Source of the DNA: Chloroflexota bacterium
GTDB taxonomy: Bacteria > Chloroflexota > Anaerolineae > Anaerolineales > UBA4823
NCBI GenBank assembly: GCA_030669775.1
Contig: DAOVCZ010000001.1
Location: forward strand, 1-37,606
Length of the DNA stretch: 37,606 bases
Direction: 5' to 3'
Below, piece by piece: positions 26,782 through 35,517 of this stretch. The stretch's first letter is position 1, and each line of letters opens with the position of its first letter. The notes below the pieces were generated by a model. It was not told the DNA's origin, did no database searches, and saw only the letters and a program-made list of their open reading frames with translations. The position numbers were made by a program, and so were the translations under genes.

Positions 26782-27530
26782 CCGATTCGTTCGGCTTCTT
26801 TACCATATATCTCTTTGAATTTCTCGTCATCGATCTCTCCAGGTGGTCCATCAAACATAAGTAACCCCTCGTTGAGGGCGATCGCCCGGTCAGCGTAGCG
26901 GTGCACCAGATCCAGGAAGTGCAAACTGCATAAGATCATCACTCCGTCTTCTTTGTTGATCTGTTCAAGGTACTGCATGATCGTATGGGCCAGTACGGGG
27001 TCGAGGCTGGCCACTGGCTCGTCGGCCAGGATCATCTCAGGCTCTTGCACCATGGCCCGGGCGATGCCCACCCGCTGCTGCTGCCCGCCGCTCAATTCAT
27101 CGGCGCGTTTATAAGCCTGGTCGGTGATGCCCACCCGCTCCAGCTGCTGCATAGCCAGATCGATATCCTTTTTGGGAAATCTGTTGAACACGCTCATGAA
27201 AGGGTTGACATAGCCCAACCGACCGGCCAGCACATTGGTGAGTACCTTGGAACGGCTGACCAGGTTGAAATGCTGGAAGACCATGCCCATTTTGCGGCGA
27301 ATGCGCAGCATTTCATCCTGGCTGGCCCTGGTGATATCCACCCCATTCCAGACGATCTCACCAGCGGTCGGTTCGACCAGGCGGTTAATACAGCGCAGCA
27401 GGGTGGACTTCCCAGAGCCGCTCAAGCCGATGCAGGCCAGGAATTCTCCGGGTTCAACTTTAAAGCTGACCTTGTCGAGGGCCAGGACGTCTCCGGGGTA
27501 GATTTTGGTTAGATTCTTTACTTCTAGCAT
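26778..27530 (-). CDS. phnC: Phosphonate-type ABC transporter ATP-binding protein
   Basis: 250 aa with Walker A GLSGSGKST, signature LSGGQQQRVGIARA and Walker B ILADEP. There is a 4-nt overlap with phnE. Confidence 0.85.
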   Translation of the reverse strand: MLEVKNLTKIYPGDVLALDKVSFKVEPGEFLACIGLSGSGKSTLLRCINRLVEPTAGEIVWNGVDITRASQDEMLRIRRKMGMVFQHFNLVSRSKVLTNVLAGRLGYVNPFMSVFNRFPKKDIDLAMQQLERVGITDQAYKRADELSGGQQQRVGIARAMVQEPEMILADEPVASLDPVLAHTIMQYLEQINKEDGVMILCSLHFLDLVHRYADRAIALNEGLLMFDGPPGEIDDEKFKEIYGKEAERIG

Positions 27531-27630
27531 ATGTTTGATTTACACCGATCTCTTATGTAAGAATTGAAAGTGGAACTGATTAGAATTAACCCGATTTGCA
27601 GTTGTTCCTATCCTTTTATAGAGAAAAAAT

Positions 27631-27833
27631 GTCACTCTGAGCGACTGAAAGGAGCGAAGAGTCCCTATCAATGCCATCCGGAAAAAGCGCGCAGCGGAGT
27701 GAAGAATCTCCAGGTCTGTTGCCGAGACTCTTCCCCCCGGTCTGTCCGACCAGGGACAGGCCCCCGGTCTGTCCGACCAGGGACAGGCCCTCGGTCCGTC
27801 CGACCAAGGACGGGGCTGGCGCTCCAGAGTGAC
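27631..27833. repeat. 203-bp element bounded by the inverted repeat GTCACTCTGAGCG / CGCTCCAGAGTGAC
   Basis: The terminal inverted repeats are seen directly (27631..27643 and 27820..27833). The interior contains GAGCGAAGAGTC and GTGAAGAATCTC motifs and the 27-bp tandem hairpins. Confidence 0.6.
27737..27817. repeat. Three tandem 27-bp units, each able to form a hairpin
   Basis: Units 1 and 2 are identical (CCGGTCTGTCCGACCAGGGACAGGCCC). Unit 3 is diverged (TCGGTCCGTCCGACCAAGGACGGGGCT). Confidence 0.85.
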
Positions 27834-27907
27834 AAACATAATATTCACATTTGACAGAGCACTAATCTCCTGAAGACTAAGGTAGCAGCTTAAGGTAAGA
27901 CTACCTA

Positions 27908-28065
27908 AGTAAGTGGTACTCTCGTTAAATTCGGATAGAAACCTGACAGGTTTCGGACTGGTTACATAAAGTTGTAATTACTATTGTTATGTAAAATGCA
28001 CCCAGATATTCGAGTATTCGTAAACCTGTCAGGTTTTCAGTTACTTAGCGAGAATACCAGTAAGT
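27908..28065. mobile_element. MITE-like 144-bp element (27915..28058) flanked by the 7-bp direct repeat AGTAAGT
   Basis: The terminal inverted repeats are GGTACTCTCGTTAA and TTAGCGAGAATACC (12/14 complementary). Subterminal AAACCTGACAGGTTT pairs with AAACCTGTCAGGTTT. The core is AT-rich with an inner inverted repeat TTACATAA/TTATGTAA. An identical AGTAAGT abuts both ends. Confidence 0.6.
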
Positions 28066-28098
28066 GTTGGAAATTAAATTCAACCAATTACTCTTGGT

Positions 28099-28283
28099 GT
28101 CATTGCGAGTGTCTCCACCCCGAAAACGGGGCTCAAACAGAAAGAAACAAAGTAGTTTCTTAGTAGGAGCGTAGCGACGAAGCAATCTCATAAAAACGGG
28201 CTAGGTTTACGCTTATTTTCGGGGATTGCCCCGCTGAAAAAAACGGGACAGGCTTCGTCGGGCTTCGCCCTCCTCGCAATGAC
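28099..28283. repeat. 185-bp element bounded by the perfect 11-bp inverted repeat GTCATTGCGAG / CTCGCAATGAC
   Basis: The termini are seen directly. The interior has GAGCGTAGCGACGAAGCAATCTC, small hairpins CCCCGAAAACGGGG and CGGGGATTGCCCCG, and AAAACGGG three times. Confidence 0.6.
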
Positions 28284-28353
28284 ATTATGACATTCTGTCG
28301 AGATTTTCTTGACGATATTAGATAAATAAACGAAATAATCTCCTATTTTTAAT

Positions 28354-28382
28354 TAGCCCCGGGTCGTCTGTACCCGGGGCTA
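28354..28382. other. GC-rich 11-bp stem-loop 21 nt past the stop of the binding-protein gene
   Basis: TAGCCCCGGGT-cgtctgt-ACCCGGGGCTA. On both strands the T-run lies upstream and the A-run downstream, so it is not a canonical intrinsic terminator. Confidence 0.5.
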
Positions 28383-28402
28383 AAAAAATTGAGCGAAAGG
28401 AT

Positions 28403-30262
28403 TTACTCGCCGACGTTCTCCAGCGTGATCCCTTGCGCTTCCATCATGATGCGAATGCCGTCGAAGTTCTCATCGAAGATCGGACCTGCTCCAGTCCATC
28501 CGTAAAAGTCTTCGGAGCAGATCGTCTCTGCATCTACCTGGCAGGCATCCGATGCAAGGTAGTTGAGAATGGCTGTAATGATGTTTCCTTTGAGTTCCTC
28601 AGGGAATTCGGGCGACCAGGACATCGTGTCGTTGGGAATCTCATTCGTGAGGGCCAGGATGCGCACTTTCTGAATTACGTCTGGTGCTTCCTCGCGGATC
28701 AGCTGGCGGGCATCCATAACCCGGTAGGGGCCGCAGTATAATTTGTTTTCCTCATTCACGGCACACTCTTCAACCAGCTCATCGGGGATATCGGGGGGAT
28801 CACCAATCTTCCACTCGCCATCCGTTATTTGTGGAACGCTGTAGAAGTTGGTACCGAAATCAACTTCGCCATTGTATACCGCCCGTGCTGTTTCTCCATG
28901 ACCGCCGGTCTCCACCTGATCGCCAACGGTGATCCCCGCGGCAGCCAGTTCAGCTGCTGGGTAGAGGTAGCCGGAGGTGGAGGTGACTTCGCCAAATCCC
29001 CAGGTCTTACCCTCCAGGTCCTCCAGGGTCTGGATATCGCTGTCGCGCTGGACGATATACTGGGTCCAGTAGATGTTCCAGCCATAGCGCTCCGATGCCA
29101 GGGCGGGTTCCACACCGCACAGCTGGTTGGCGAGCGCGTAGCCCATGGCGGGGATGAAGGCGATCGTATCCGTCGGGGAAGCGCACATCTCCTCGATAGT
29201 CGCGGCATAGGAAGTGGGCACGCTGACCTCGTAGACCAGGCCAGTAGCTTCGCTGAGCATTTCCTCTATGGCGTCGCCGCTCTCGATCATGAAGTCGACG
29301 TTGACGGATGGCACGAACAAGACCTTGATCGGGTGATCCTCTGTGCCAATTTCAACCTCTTCCTCTTCGTAAGCACCTGCACCGAGATCACCGAACAAAG
29401 CAGCGATGTCATCTTCTGACATGACAAACCACTTAGCATTTATCTCATCCAGGAATCCATCTTCTCTCATCGCGGCCAGGACCGCGTTGAAGGGTTCCAC
29501 CAGGTCGCTGCCCTGGGGGAAGATGAAGCCCAGTTCATCAAACGAGATTGAAGGACCAACCAGTTTCAATTGATCCGCATAGACACCAACGTATCCCAGA
29601 CCAGCAATTTCGTCGATGATTACACCATCAACATCGCCGGAAAGCAAGGCCTGAATAGCAAGGGGGAATGTATCGGTAGCCAAGATTCGATCGTCCGGTA
29701 GGAACTTCAAAGCTGCGTTGTAGTTGGTGGTTCCTACTTGCTCAGCTAACATTGTATCGGGATCAGCTGCCAGCTCGTCAGCAGATTCGAAGCGATCATC
29801 ATCAAGCTGGACTAATAAGCGTTGATCGATGCTCACATAGCCGTCGGAGTAATCGACCTGCTTGGCGCGCTCCTCGGTGATGGTGATTCCGTCGGCAGCC
29901 ATGTCAAACTGTCCATCGGCCACGGAGGCGATCATCGTATCCCAACCGAATTCGATATATTCAGGTACGCAATTCAGACGGACGCAGGCTTCATTGAGGA
30001 AGTCGTAATCCCAGCCAGCTGCCTCGCCGGTCGCTAAGGCCTCGAAGTTGAAAGGTATGAAGGCGTTCTCGACGGCGATGGTGATCACCCGCCCACCCAG
30101 ATCGGGCAGCAACATCTCTTCTTCGGGTTCCGGTTCGGGTGGTTTGGTGGGTTCGGGTTCTACTGCCTCCGGTTCCGGAGTGGGGGTGGCTGCCGGTGCA
30201 CAGGCTGCCAAGACCATGCTGGCCACAATCAATATACTAATCAATAGAAAAATTTTCTTCAT
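28403..30262 (-). CDS. Two-domain substrate-binding lipoprotein: family-3 (polar amino-acid type) SBP fused to a PhnD-like SBP
   Basis: 619 aa. It has a signal peptide with lipobox LAAC and a Pro/Glu-rich tether. The N-terminal half is SBP_bac_3-like ([24 protein letters not shown]; GFIFPQGS). After an acidic linker, the C-terminal half is PhnD-like (IKVLFVPS; [20 protein letters not shown]). Confidence 0.7.
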   Translation of the reverse strand: MKKIFLLISILIVASMVLAACAPAATPTPEPEAVEPEPTKPPEPEPEEEMLLPDLGGRVITIAVENAFIPFNFEALATGEAAGWDYDFLNEACVRLNCVPEYIEFGWDTMIASVADGQFDMAADGITITEERAKQVDYSDGYVSIDQRLLVQLDDDRFESADELAADPDTMLAEQVGTTNYNAALKFLPDDRILATDTFPLAIQALLSGDVDGVIIDEIAGLGYVGVYADQLKLVGPSISFDELGFIFPQGSDLVEPFNAVLAAMREDGFLDEINAKWFVMSEDDIAALFGDLGAGAYEEEEVEIGTEDHPIKVLFVPSVNVDFMIESGDAIEEMLSEATGLVYEVSVPTSYAATIEEMCASPTDTIAFIPAMGYALANQLCGVEPALASERYGWNIYWTQYIVQRDSDIQTLEDLEGKTWGFGEVTSTSGYLYPAAELAAAGITVGDQVETGGHGETARAVYNGEVDFGTNFYSVPQITDGEWKIGDPPDIPDELVEECAVNEENKLYCGPYRVMDARQLIREEAPDVIQKVRILALTNEIPNDTMSWSPEFPEELKGNIITAILNYLASDACQVDAETICSEDFYGWTGAGPIFDENFDGIRIMMEAQGITLENVGE

Positions 30263-30372
30263 TTTGGTTTTCTCCTCCAGAGAAATATTTTAGAATTTTC
30301 ATTCGGGTTATTGGTTTTGGTTTTTCCTAATACACCTCCTTTCGATGAAAAGGGAAAGTTGCGAAGTGCATC

Positions 30373-31269
30373 TCACGTCTCTTCACTAACAGCCATGCGC
30401 CGTTCCATGTATTTGACCCCCATGGAGAGAATCAGCGTAATGCTTAGATAAAGGAAAGCCACCGTATTATAGGTCTGAGGATAAAGGAATGAAGCCGCGG
30501 AGTATTTCTTGCCCAGCTGTGTGATCTCGCCCACACCCAATACCGAGACCAGGGAAGATTCTTTTAACATCGAGATAAAGTCGTTCCCTAAAGGTGGCAT
30601 GATACGGCGTAGCGCTTGTGGCATCACCACATAGCGCATGGTCTGAAACCAACTTAAGCCTAGTGCGTTGGAGGCTTCCAGCTGGCCTTTCTCGATGGAT
30701 TGGATGCCGCTGCGAAAGACCTCCGACGAGAATGCACCGTAGTTAATCGCCAGGGCAATGATACCACGGATGACAAAACTGACTCCGCGCGAGGTCAGAC
30801 TGCTCAATGCGTTGTCAGCAGCCAACCAGCCCATGCTGACCATCCAGTCGCCTAAAGAGTTAAGCAGATTGATGCTGGCTGGGATGATCACTAAGGCAGT
30901 GTAGAAAATGAGCACGATCACCGGAATCCCGCGGATGATCTGCACATACAGCGTGGCTAGATTTCTGGCGATCACACTAAAGATATTACTGCCTTCTGAC
31001 ATCTGGGCAAAGGCAGTGATCAAGCCGATGATTATGGATAAAGAAAATGAAACCAGTGTGACAATGACTGTCAACCGGATGCCGGCAATCAGGTAGACGA
31101 TGATATTCTGGTAGGTGGCGTTGGTGGTGAAACTGTAAACCAGCAAGACCCCCATTAAAGCCAAGAATAATCCCCACCAGGGGAAATCCGCCAGGCGATC
31201 GGTGATGCGAGTCTGCACCAAGGGGGTTGCTTCACTGGTTTTTGGGGGAGCTGTGGGTTGGGCGCTCAA
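30373..31269 (-). CDS. Polar amino-acid (His/Glu/Gln/Arg, HisM/GlnP-type) ABC transporter permease
   Basis: 298 aa with the EAA-loop region QLEASNALGLSWFQTMRYVVMPQALRRIMPPLGNDFISMLKESSL. The start is TTG, preceded by AGGAAA. Confidence 0.75.
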   Translation of the reverse strand: MSAQPTAPPKTSEATPLVQTRITDRLADFPWWGLFLALMGVLLVYSFTTNATYQNIIVYLIAGIRLTVIVTLVSFSLSIIIGLITAFAQMSEGSNIFSVIARNLATLYVQIIRGIPVIVLIFYTALVIIPASINLLNSLGDWMVSMGWLAADNALSSLTSRGVSFVIRGIIALAINYGAFSSEVFRSGIQSIEKGQLEASNALGLSWFQTMRYVVMPQALRRIMPPLGNDFISMLKESSLVSVLGVGEITQLGKKYSAASFLYPQTYNTVAFLYLSITLILSMGVKYMERRMAVSEET

Positions 31270-31511
31270 TATGATTTTCCTGACACTCAGGCTAATCTGG
31301 ATAAGAATACAATGTTTGAATTAATGAAGACAACAATTAACCCAATAGATAATCGCAGTGGTTGACTGCATGGGGAAGGAGTCATAGTTTGCCAGGTCTG
31401 GATGCGCATTGAACGAGCGCTGTTCACAAACTAATAAATGATAACGCGAATTGTTGCCAAAGGCAAGTGACATTACTAACTGGTAGCAATTTTAAGGGTA
31501 GATTCAACCTC

Positions 31512-31540
31512 TTGCGTCTTGTCAGGGGCGCGGTTACAAT
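31512..31540 (+). promoter_or_regulatory. Promoter TTGCGT-17 nt-TACAAT ending 9 nt before the folC ATG
   Basis: Spacing seen directly. There is no SD between the -10 box and the ATG. Confidence 0.45.
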
Positions 31541-31549
31541 GCCTACCAG

Positions 31550-32953
31550 ATGGACACTGACCAGAAATACCAGGGTACCCTGGATTACTTATACAGTTTT
31601 ATCGATTACAGCCTGCAGAAGACCTTCCGCTATTCTCCAGAAAAATTCGATCTGGATCGCATGCGGGATTTTATGGCAGCGCTTGGCAATCCGCAAAACG
31701 ATTATAAGATCCTGCATGTAGCCGGAACGAAAGGTAAAGGCTCGGTCTCGGCTCTTTGCGCCAGTGCGCTCAAAGAGAGCGGAGCCCGGGTTGGGCTGTA
31801 TACCTCTCCCCACCTTCAGGATTATGCGGAACGAATCCAGGTCGATGGAATTCCTATCCCACATTACGATCTGATCACCCTGGTGGAGGAGATCAAACCC
31901 AATATCGCCGCCAGCCCTGAAATAACTACCTTTGAGATCACAACCGCACTGGCATTTCTTTATTTTGCGCGGCGCAAAGTGAGCGCGGCGGTGATGGAAG
32001 TCGGTTTGGGAGGCCGGCTGGATGCAACCAATGTTTGTGTGCCGGAGGTGACCGTGATCACCTCTATCTCCTACGATCACACCGATCTGCTCGGCGAGAC
32101 GTTGGCTGAAATTGCTGGGGAAAAGGGAGGCATCATCAAACCAGGCGTAGCGGTGGTTGTCTCACCCCAGGAAGAGGAAGCTCTCCAGGTTATCAAGAGC
32201 ATTGCGGTAGAACGGGGGGCGCCCCTGATCCAGGTGGGCGGGGATTACCTTTACCAGCAGCTGGACAGATCTTTACAGGGTCAGAGCCTGCAGGTGTGGC
32301 ACAAGTCTGAGCCAGCCAGTGAGGATGGATCGACACCATCTGGGAAGGACCCAGATCGGGAACCAAAGCGTTTAACGATCCCCTTGTTGGGAGTTCACCA
32401 GCTGGAAAATGCAGCTACCGCCTACGCAGCCTTGCAGGTCGTTCGCCAGAACGGTATTCAGGTAACTGATTTGGGAATCAGCCAGGGATTTCGCAGTGTG
32501 AATTGGCCAGGGCGCTTCGAGATCTTGCAGCACGATCCCCCTGTGATCATCGACTCGGCCCACAATCGTGATTCAGCAAAGAAGCTGCGTGCGGTCTTAG
32601 AGGATTATTATCCAGGGATGCCTGTCGTGCTGGTGTTTGGCGCCTCGGAAGACAAAGATATTAAAGGCATGTTGGCAGAACTGGGACCCTGCGCGCGCAA
32701 GATTGTGACCACCAAATCCACTCATCCCAGGGCTGCTGATCCGGGGAAGTTAGTTGAAATCGCAAACGAAATAGGCTGCCCGGCGTTCTCGACCCCTTCA
32801 GTCGAAGAGGCCTTAGACGAGGCAGCGCTTTTGACTGGTGGAGAAGCAGTTATTTTGGTGACTGGATCTATTTTCGTGGCTGCTGCTGCCCGCTCTGCAT
32901 GGCTGACCTGTTCGAGTGAGAAAAACTTATCGTATACTGGAAATAAAATATGA
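31550..32953 (+). CDS. folC: Bifunctional folylpolyglutamate synthase/dihydrofolate synthase
   Basis: 467 aa with P-loop HVAGTKGKGS, in the Mur ligase family. ATGA overlap with lon. Confidence 0.85.
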   Translation: MDTDQKYQGTLDYLYSFIDYSLQKTFRYSPEKFDLDRMRDFMAALGNPQNDYKILHVAGTKGKGSVSALCASALKESGARVGLYTSPHLQDYAERIQVDGIPIPHYDLITLVEEIKPNIAASPEITTFEITTALAFLYFARRKVSAAVMEVGLGGRLDATNVCVPEVTVITSISYDHTDLLGETLAEIAGEKGGIIKPGVAVVVSPQEEEALQVIKSIAVERGAPLIQVGGDYLYQQLDRSLQGQSLQVWHKSEPASEDGSTPSGKDPDREPKRLTIPLLGVHQLENAATAYAALQVVRQNGIQVTDLGISQGFRSVNWPGRFEILQHDPPVIIDSAHNRDSAKKLRAVLEDYYPGMPVVLVFGASEDKDIKGMLAELGPCARKIVTTKSTHPRAADPGKLVEIANEIGCPAFSTPSVEEALDEAALLTGGEAVILVTGSIFVAAAARSAWLTCSSEKNLSYTGNKI

Positions 32954-35469
32954 GAAACCGAGATTGGTTTTTGAGAGAAGACGAAGACGAATTTGGGGAA
33001 ACCCTGCACAGGCGCACCGAAGAGCTTTACGGCGTCCAAGATGCACTATCCGAAAAGGATGGGTTAATCGAGTGCCCGGCAATACCTTTGCGCGATCTGG
33101 TGATTTTTCCCCGGATGGTTTCCCCAATATTTGTGGGGCGTGAAGCATCGCTCTTAGCGATCGAAGACACGCAATTGGAAGATCAAACCATGATCGCGCT
33201 CTTGCAGCGCGATCCGGACCAAGATGATCCTGGACCGGGAGATTTTTATCCAATTGGGGTAGAGATTGCGGTCGGTCGATTATTAAGCATGCCGGATGGA
33301 TCAAGCTCTGCGCTGGTGCAGGGCCGACGCAGGTTGGAGATCATCGAGTTCAGCCAGCTTGAACCGTTTCAGGTGGTTCGGGCAAGGCGCATCTTTGAAC
33401 CAACCGAGGTAAACCAGCAGATGGATGCCACCATGCGAACCACTCTTGAGCTGTTCCAACGCGTTATCCAGCTGGATCGCAGCCTGCCGGAAGAAGCTTA
33501 CCTCTATGCATTGAATATTGAAGAACCAGGCTGGTTGGCGGACATGATCACGACCACTGTCGCACCTCCGATTGAAGAACGGCAGGAATTGTTGATGATC
33601 CCTGAACCGTTAGAGCGACTGCGACGAGTAGTTAAGATGCTCGCACAAGAAGCAGATGTTTTGGAATTGGAAGATGAAATCCACACCAAGGCTCAAGGAG
33701 AGGTGGACCGCACCCAACGGGAATATTACCTGCGAGAGCAAATGAAGGTCATCCAGTCGGAATTGGGTGAAGGAGATCCCTGGTCCCGGGAGATCAATGA
33801 GCTGCGCAGTCGCATTGAGGGTGTCAGCTTACCTGAAGAAGTCCAAGTTCGGGCACTCAAGGAAGCGGACCGCTTGAGCCAGATGCCACCGCTTTCTCCA
33901 GAGGTCGGCATCATCCGTACCTACCTGGAGTGGATCCTGGAGTTACCCTGGACGGAGGCAACCGAGGATAACCTGGATGTTCCCCATGCGAGTAAAACCT
34001 TGGAGGAATACCATTATGGTCTACCCCGGATCAAGGATCGCATCCTGGAATATATCGCAGTCCGCAGCTTGAGCCCAAAGCGCGCCCGCCAGCCGATATT
34101 ATGCTTCGTCGGAGCACCTGGCACAGGCAAGACCTCGTTGGGGAAATCGATCAGTGAGGCCTTGGGGCGTAAGTTTGTGCGCCTCTCGCTGGGTGGAGTG
34201 CGAGATGAGGCAGAGATTCGCGGGCATCGCCGAACTTATATTGGCGCGCTGCCGGGACGGATTCTGCAGACCATGCGCAGGGCAGGAAAGGTCAACCCGC
34301 TCTTCATGTTGGATGAAGTCGACAAGCTGGGGCAAGACTTTCGGGGTGATCCGGCTGCAGCTTTACTCGAAGTCCTCGACCCAGAGCAGAATCATACCTT
34401 CTCTGACCACTACCTTGAGTTGCCGTATGACCTATCCAAGGTCATGTTTATCACCACTGCCAATACCACTGCGACTATCCCCTTCGCCCTGCTCGACCGC
34501 ATGGAGTTGATCGAGTTTCCAGGTTATATCGAAGAGGAGAAGATCGAAATTGCCCGTCGTTTTCTGATCCCTCGCCAAATGGAGGAGAACGGATTGCAGG
34601 GTAAAGAATTCCAGTTCACCGAGCTGGCTTTGAAAAGGCTGATCCGTGAATATACTTATGAAGCCGGAGTGCGTAATTTGGAGCGGGAGATCGGGCGTAT
34701 TTGCCGAAAAATCGCCCGCCTGAAGGCAGAAAAGAAACGCTACCCACATCGCGTCGGGTCAGCATCAGTGGAACGTTTTCTTGGCCCTCCCCTATTTTTC
34801 AACCTGGAAGCAGAGCGGCGGAACGAAGTGGGCGTTGCGACCGCTATTGCCTGGACAGTCAATGGGGGTGAGATCATGCCAGTTGAAGTATTGCTGGTTG
34901 ATGGCAAAGGAAATCTGCAGATTACCGGTCAGATTGGCAATGTGATGCAGGAGTCTGCCCAGGCCGCACTTTCGTATCTCAAGTCTCGCGCCAAAGAATT
35001 AGCAGTCACCTCGAATTTATTTGACAACATAGACATCCACATTCATATCCCAGAAGGTTCGATACCAAAAGATGGCCCCAGCGCAGGGATTACGATCGCC
35101 ACGGCGTTAATATCCGCTTTCACCGGTCGTAAGGTGCACAAGGAAGTCGGTATGACCGGAGAAATTACCTTGCGCGGGCGGATATTACCGGTGGGTGGTG
35201 TACGGGAGAAAGTGCTTTCCGGACACAGGGTTGGATTAAAAACCGTGATTTTGCCCAAACGCAATGACAAAGATTTGGTAGAAGTACCCAAGCAGGTTCG
35301 ATCTGAACTGGAGATCGTCCTTGTTGACCATATGGATCAGGTTTTGGATATCGCTTTACTGCCCTCCAAAGCGAGTCGCAGAAGCCGGGCCTCGAAATCT
35401 GGGCCATCCTCAGTGGATACCCCTGCCAAATCCAGCGGAGAACAGCCTGCTGTTCGTCCAGGAGCATAA
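32950..35469 (+). CDS. lon: ATP-dependent Lon protease (LonA)
   Basis: 839 aa with a LON N-domain (PLRDLVIFPRMVSPIFVGR), Walker A GAPGTGKTS and the protease motif PKDGPSAGIT. It also has ~45-aa N-terminal and ~35-aa basic C-terminal extensions. Confidence 0.9.
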   Translation: MRNRDWFLREDEDEFGETLHRRTEELYGVQDALSEKDGLIECPAIPLRDLVIFPRMVSPIFVGREASLLAIEDTQLEDQTMIALLQRDPDQDDPGPGDFYPIGVEIAVGRLLSMPDGSSSALVQGRRRLEIIEFSQLEPFQVVRARRIFEPTEVNQQMDATMRTTLELFQRVIQLDRSLPEEAYLYALNIEEPGWLADMITTTVAPPIEERQELLMIPEPLERLRRVVKMLAQEADVLELEDEIHTKAQGEVDRTQREYYLREQMKVIQSELGEGDPWSREINELRSRIEGVSLPEEVQVRALKEADRLSQMPPLSPEVGIIRTYLEWILELPWTEATEDNLDVPHASKTLEEYHYGLPRIKDRILEYIAVRSLSPKRARQPILCFVGAPGTGKTSLGKSISEALGRKFVRLSLGGVRDEAEIRGHRRTYIGALPGRILQTMRRAGKVNPLFMLDEVDKLGQDFRGDPAAALLEVLDPEQNHTFSDHYLELPYDLSKVMFITTANTTATIPFALLDRMELIEFPGYIEEEKIEIARRFLIPRQMEENGLQGKEFQFTELALKRLIREYTYEAGVRNLEREIGRICRKIARLKAEKKRYPHRVGSASVERFLGPPLFFNLEAERRNEVGVATAIAWTVNGGEIMPVEVLLVDGKGNLQITGQIGNVMQESAQAALSYLKSRAKELAVTSNLFDNIDIHIHIPEGSIPKDGPSAGITIATALISAFTGRKVHKEVGMTGEITLRGRILPVGGVREKVLSGHRVGLKTVILPKRNDKDLVEVPKQVRSELEIVLVDHMDQVLDIALLPSKASRRSRASKSGPSSVDTPAKSSGEQPAVRPGA

Positions 35470-35517
35470 CTGCAAGTTGGATCGGTACTTCACCTTACCT
35501 CAGAGACAATTCCTCAA

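Noticed and set aside
26985-27512. Long antisense ORFs inside real genes, for example 26985..27512 (+), 28829..29419 (+), 25988..26491 (+), 7931..8374 (+), 31589..32080 (-) and 19959..20402 (+)
   Set aside because: They lie entirely within, and opposite to, genes with strong family motifs. Their composition is low-complexity and Arg/Ser/Pro/Gly-rich, typical of antisense frames.
27737-27817. Possible CRISPR array
   Set aside because: The units are directly adjacent with no spacers. There are only three copies and no cas genes.
27540-27854. Track ORFs on both strands (102 aa minus, 96 aa plus, 63 aa minus) with repetitive peptides such as PWSDRPGAC and RSVRPGTGP
   Set aside because: They are read-through of the 27-bp tandem repeat, whose period is a multiple of 3. 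They have no SD and low-complexity sequence, and both strands are equally open. I treat the region as non-coding repeats.
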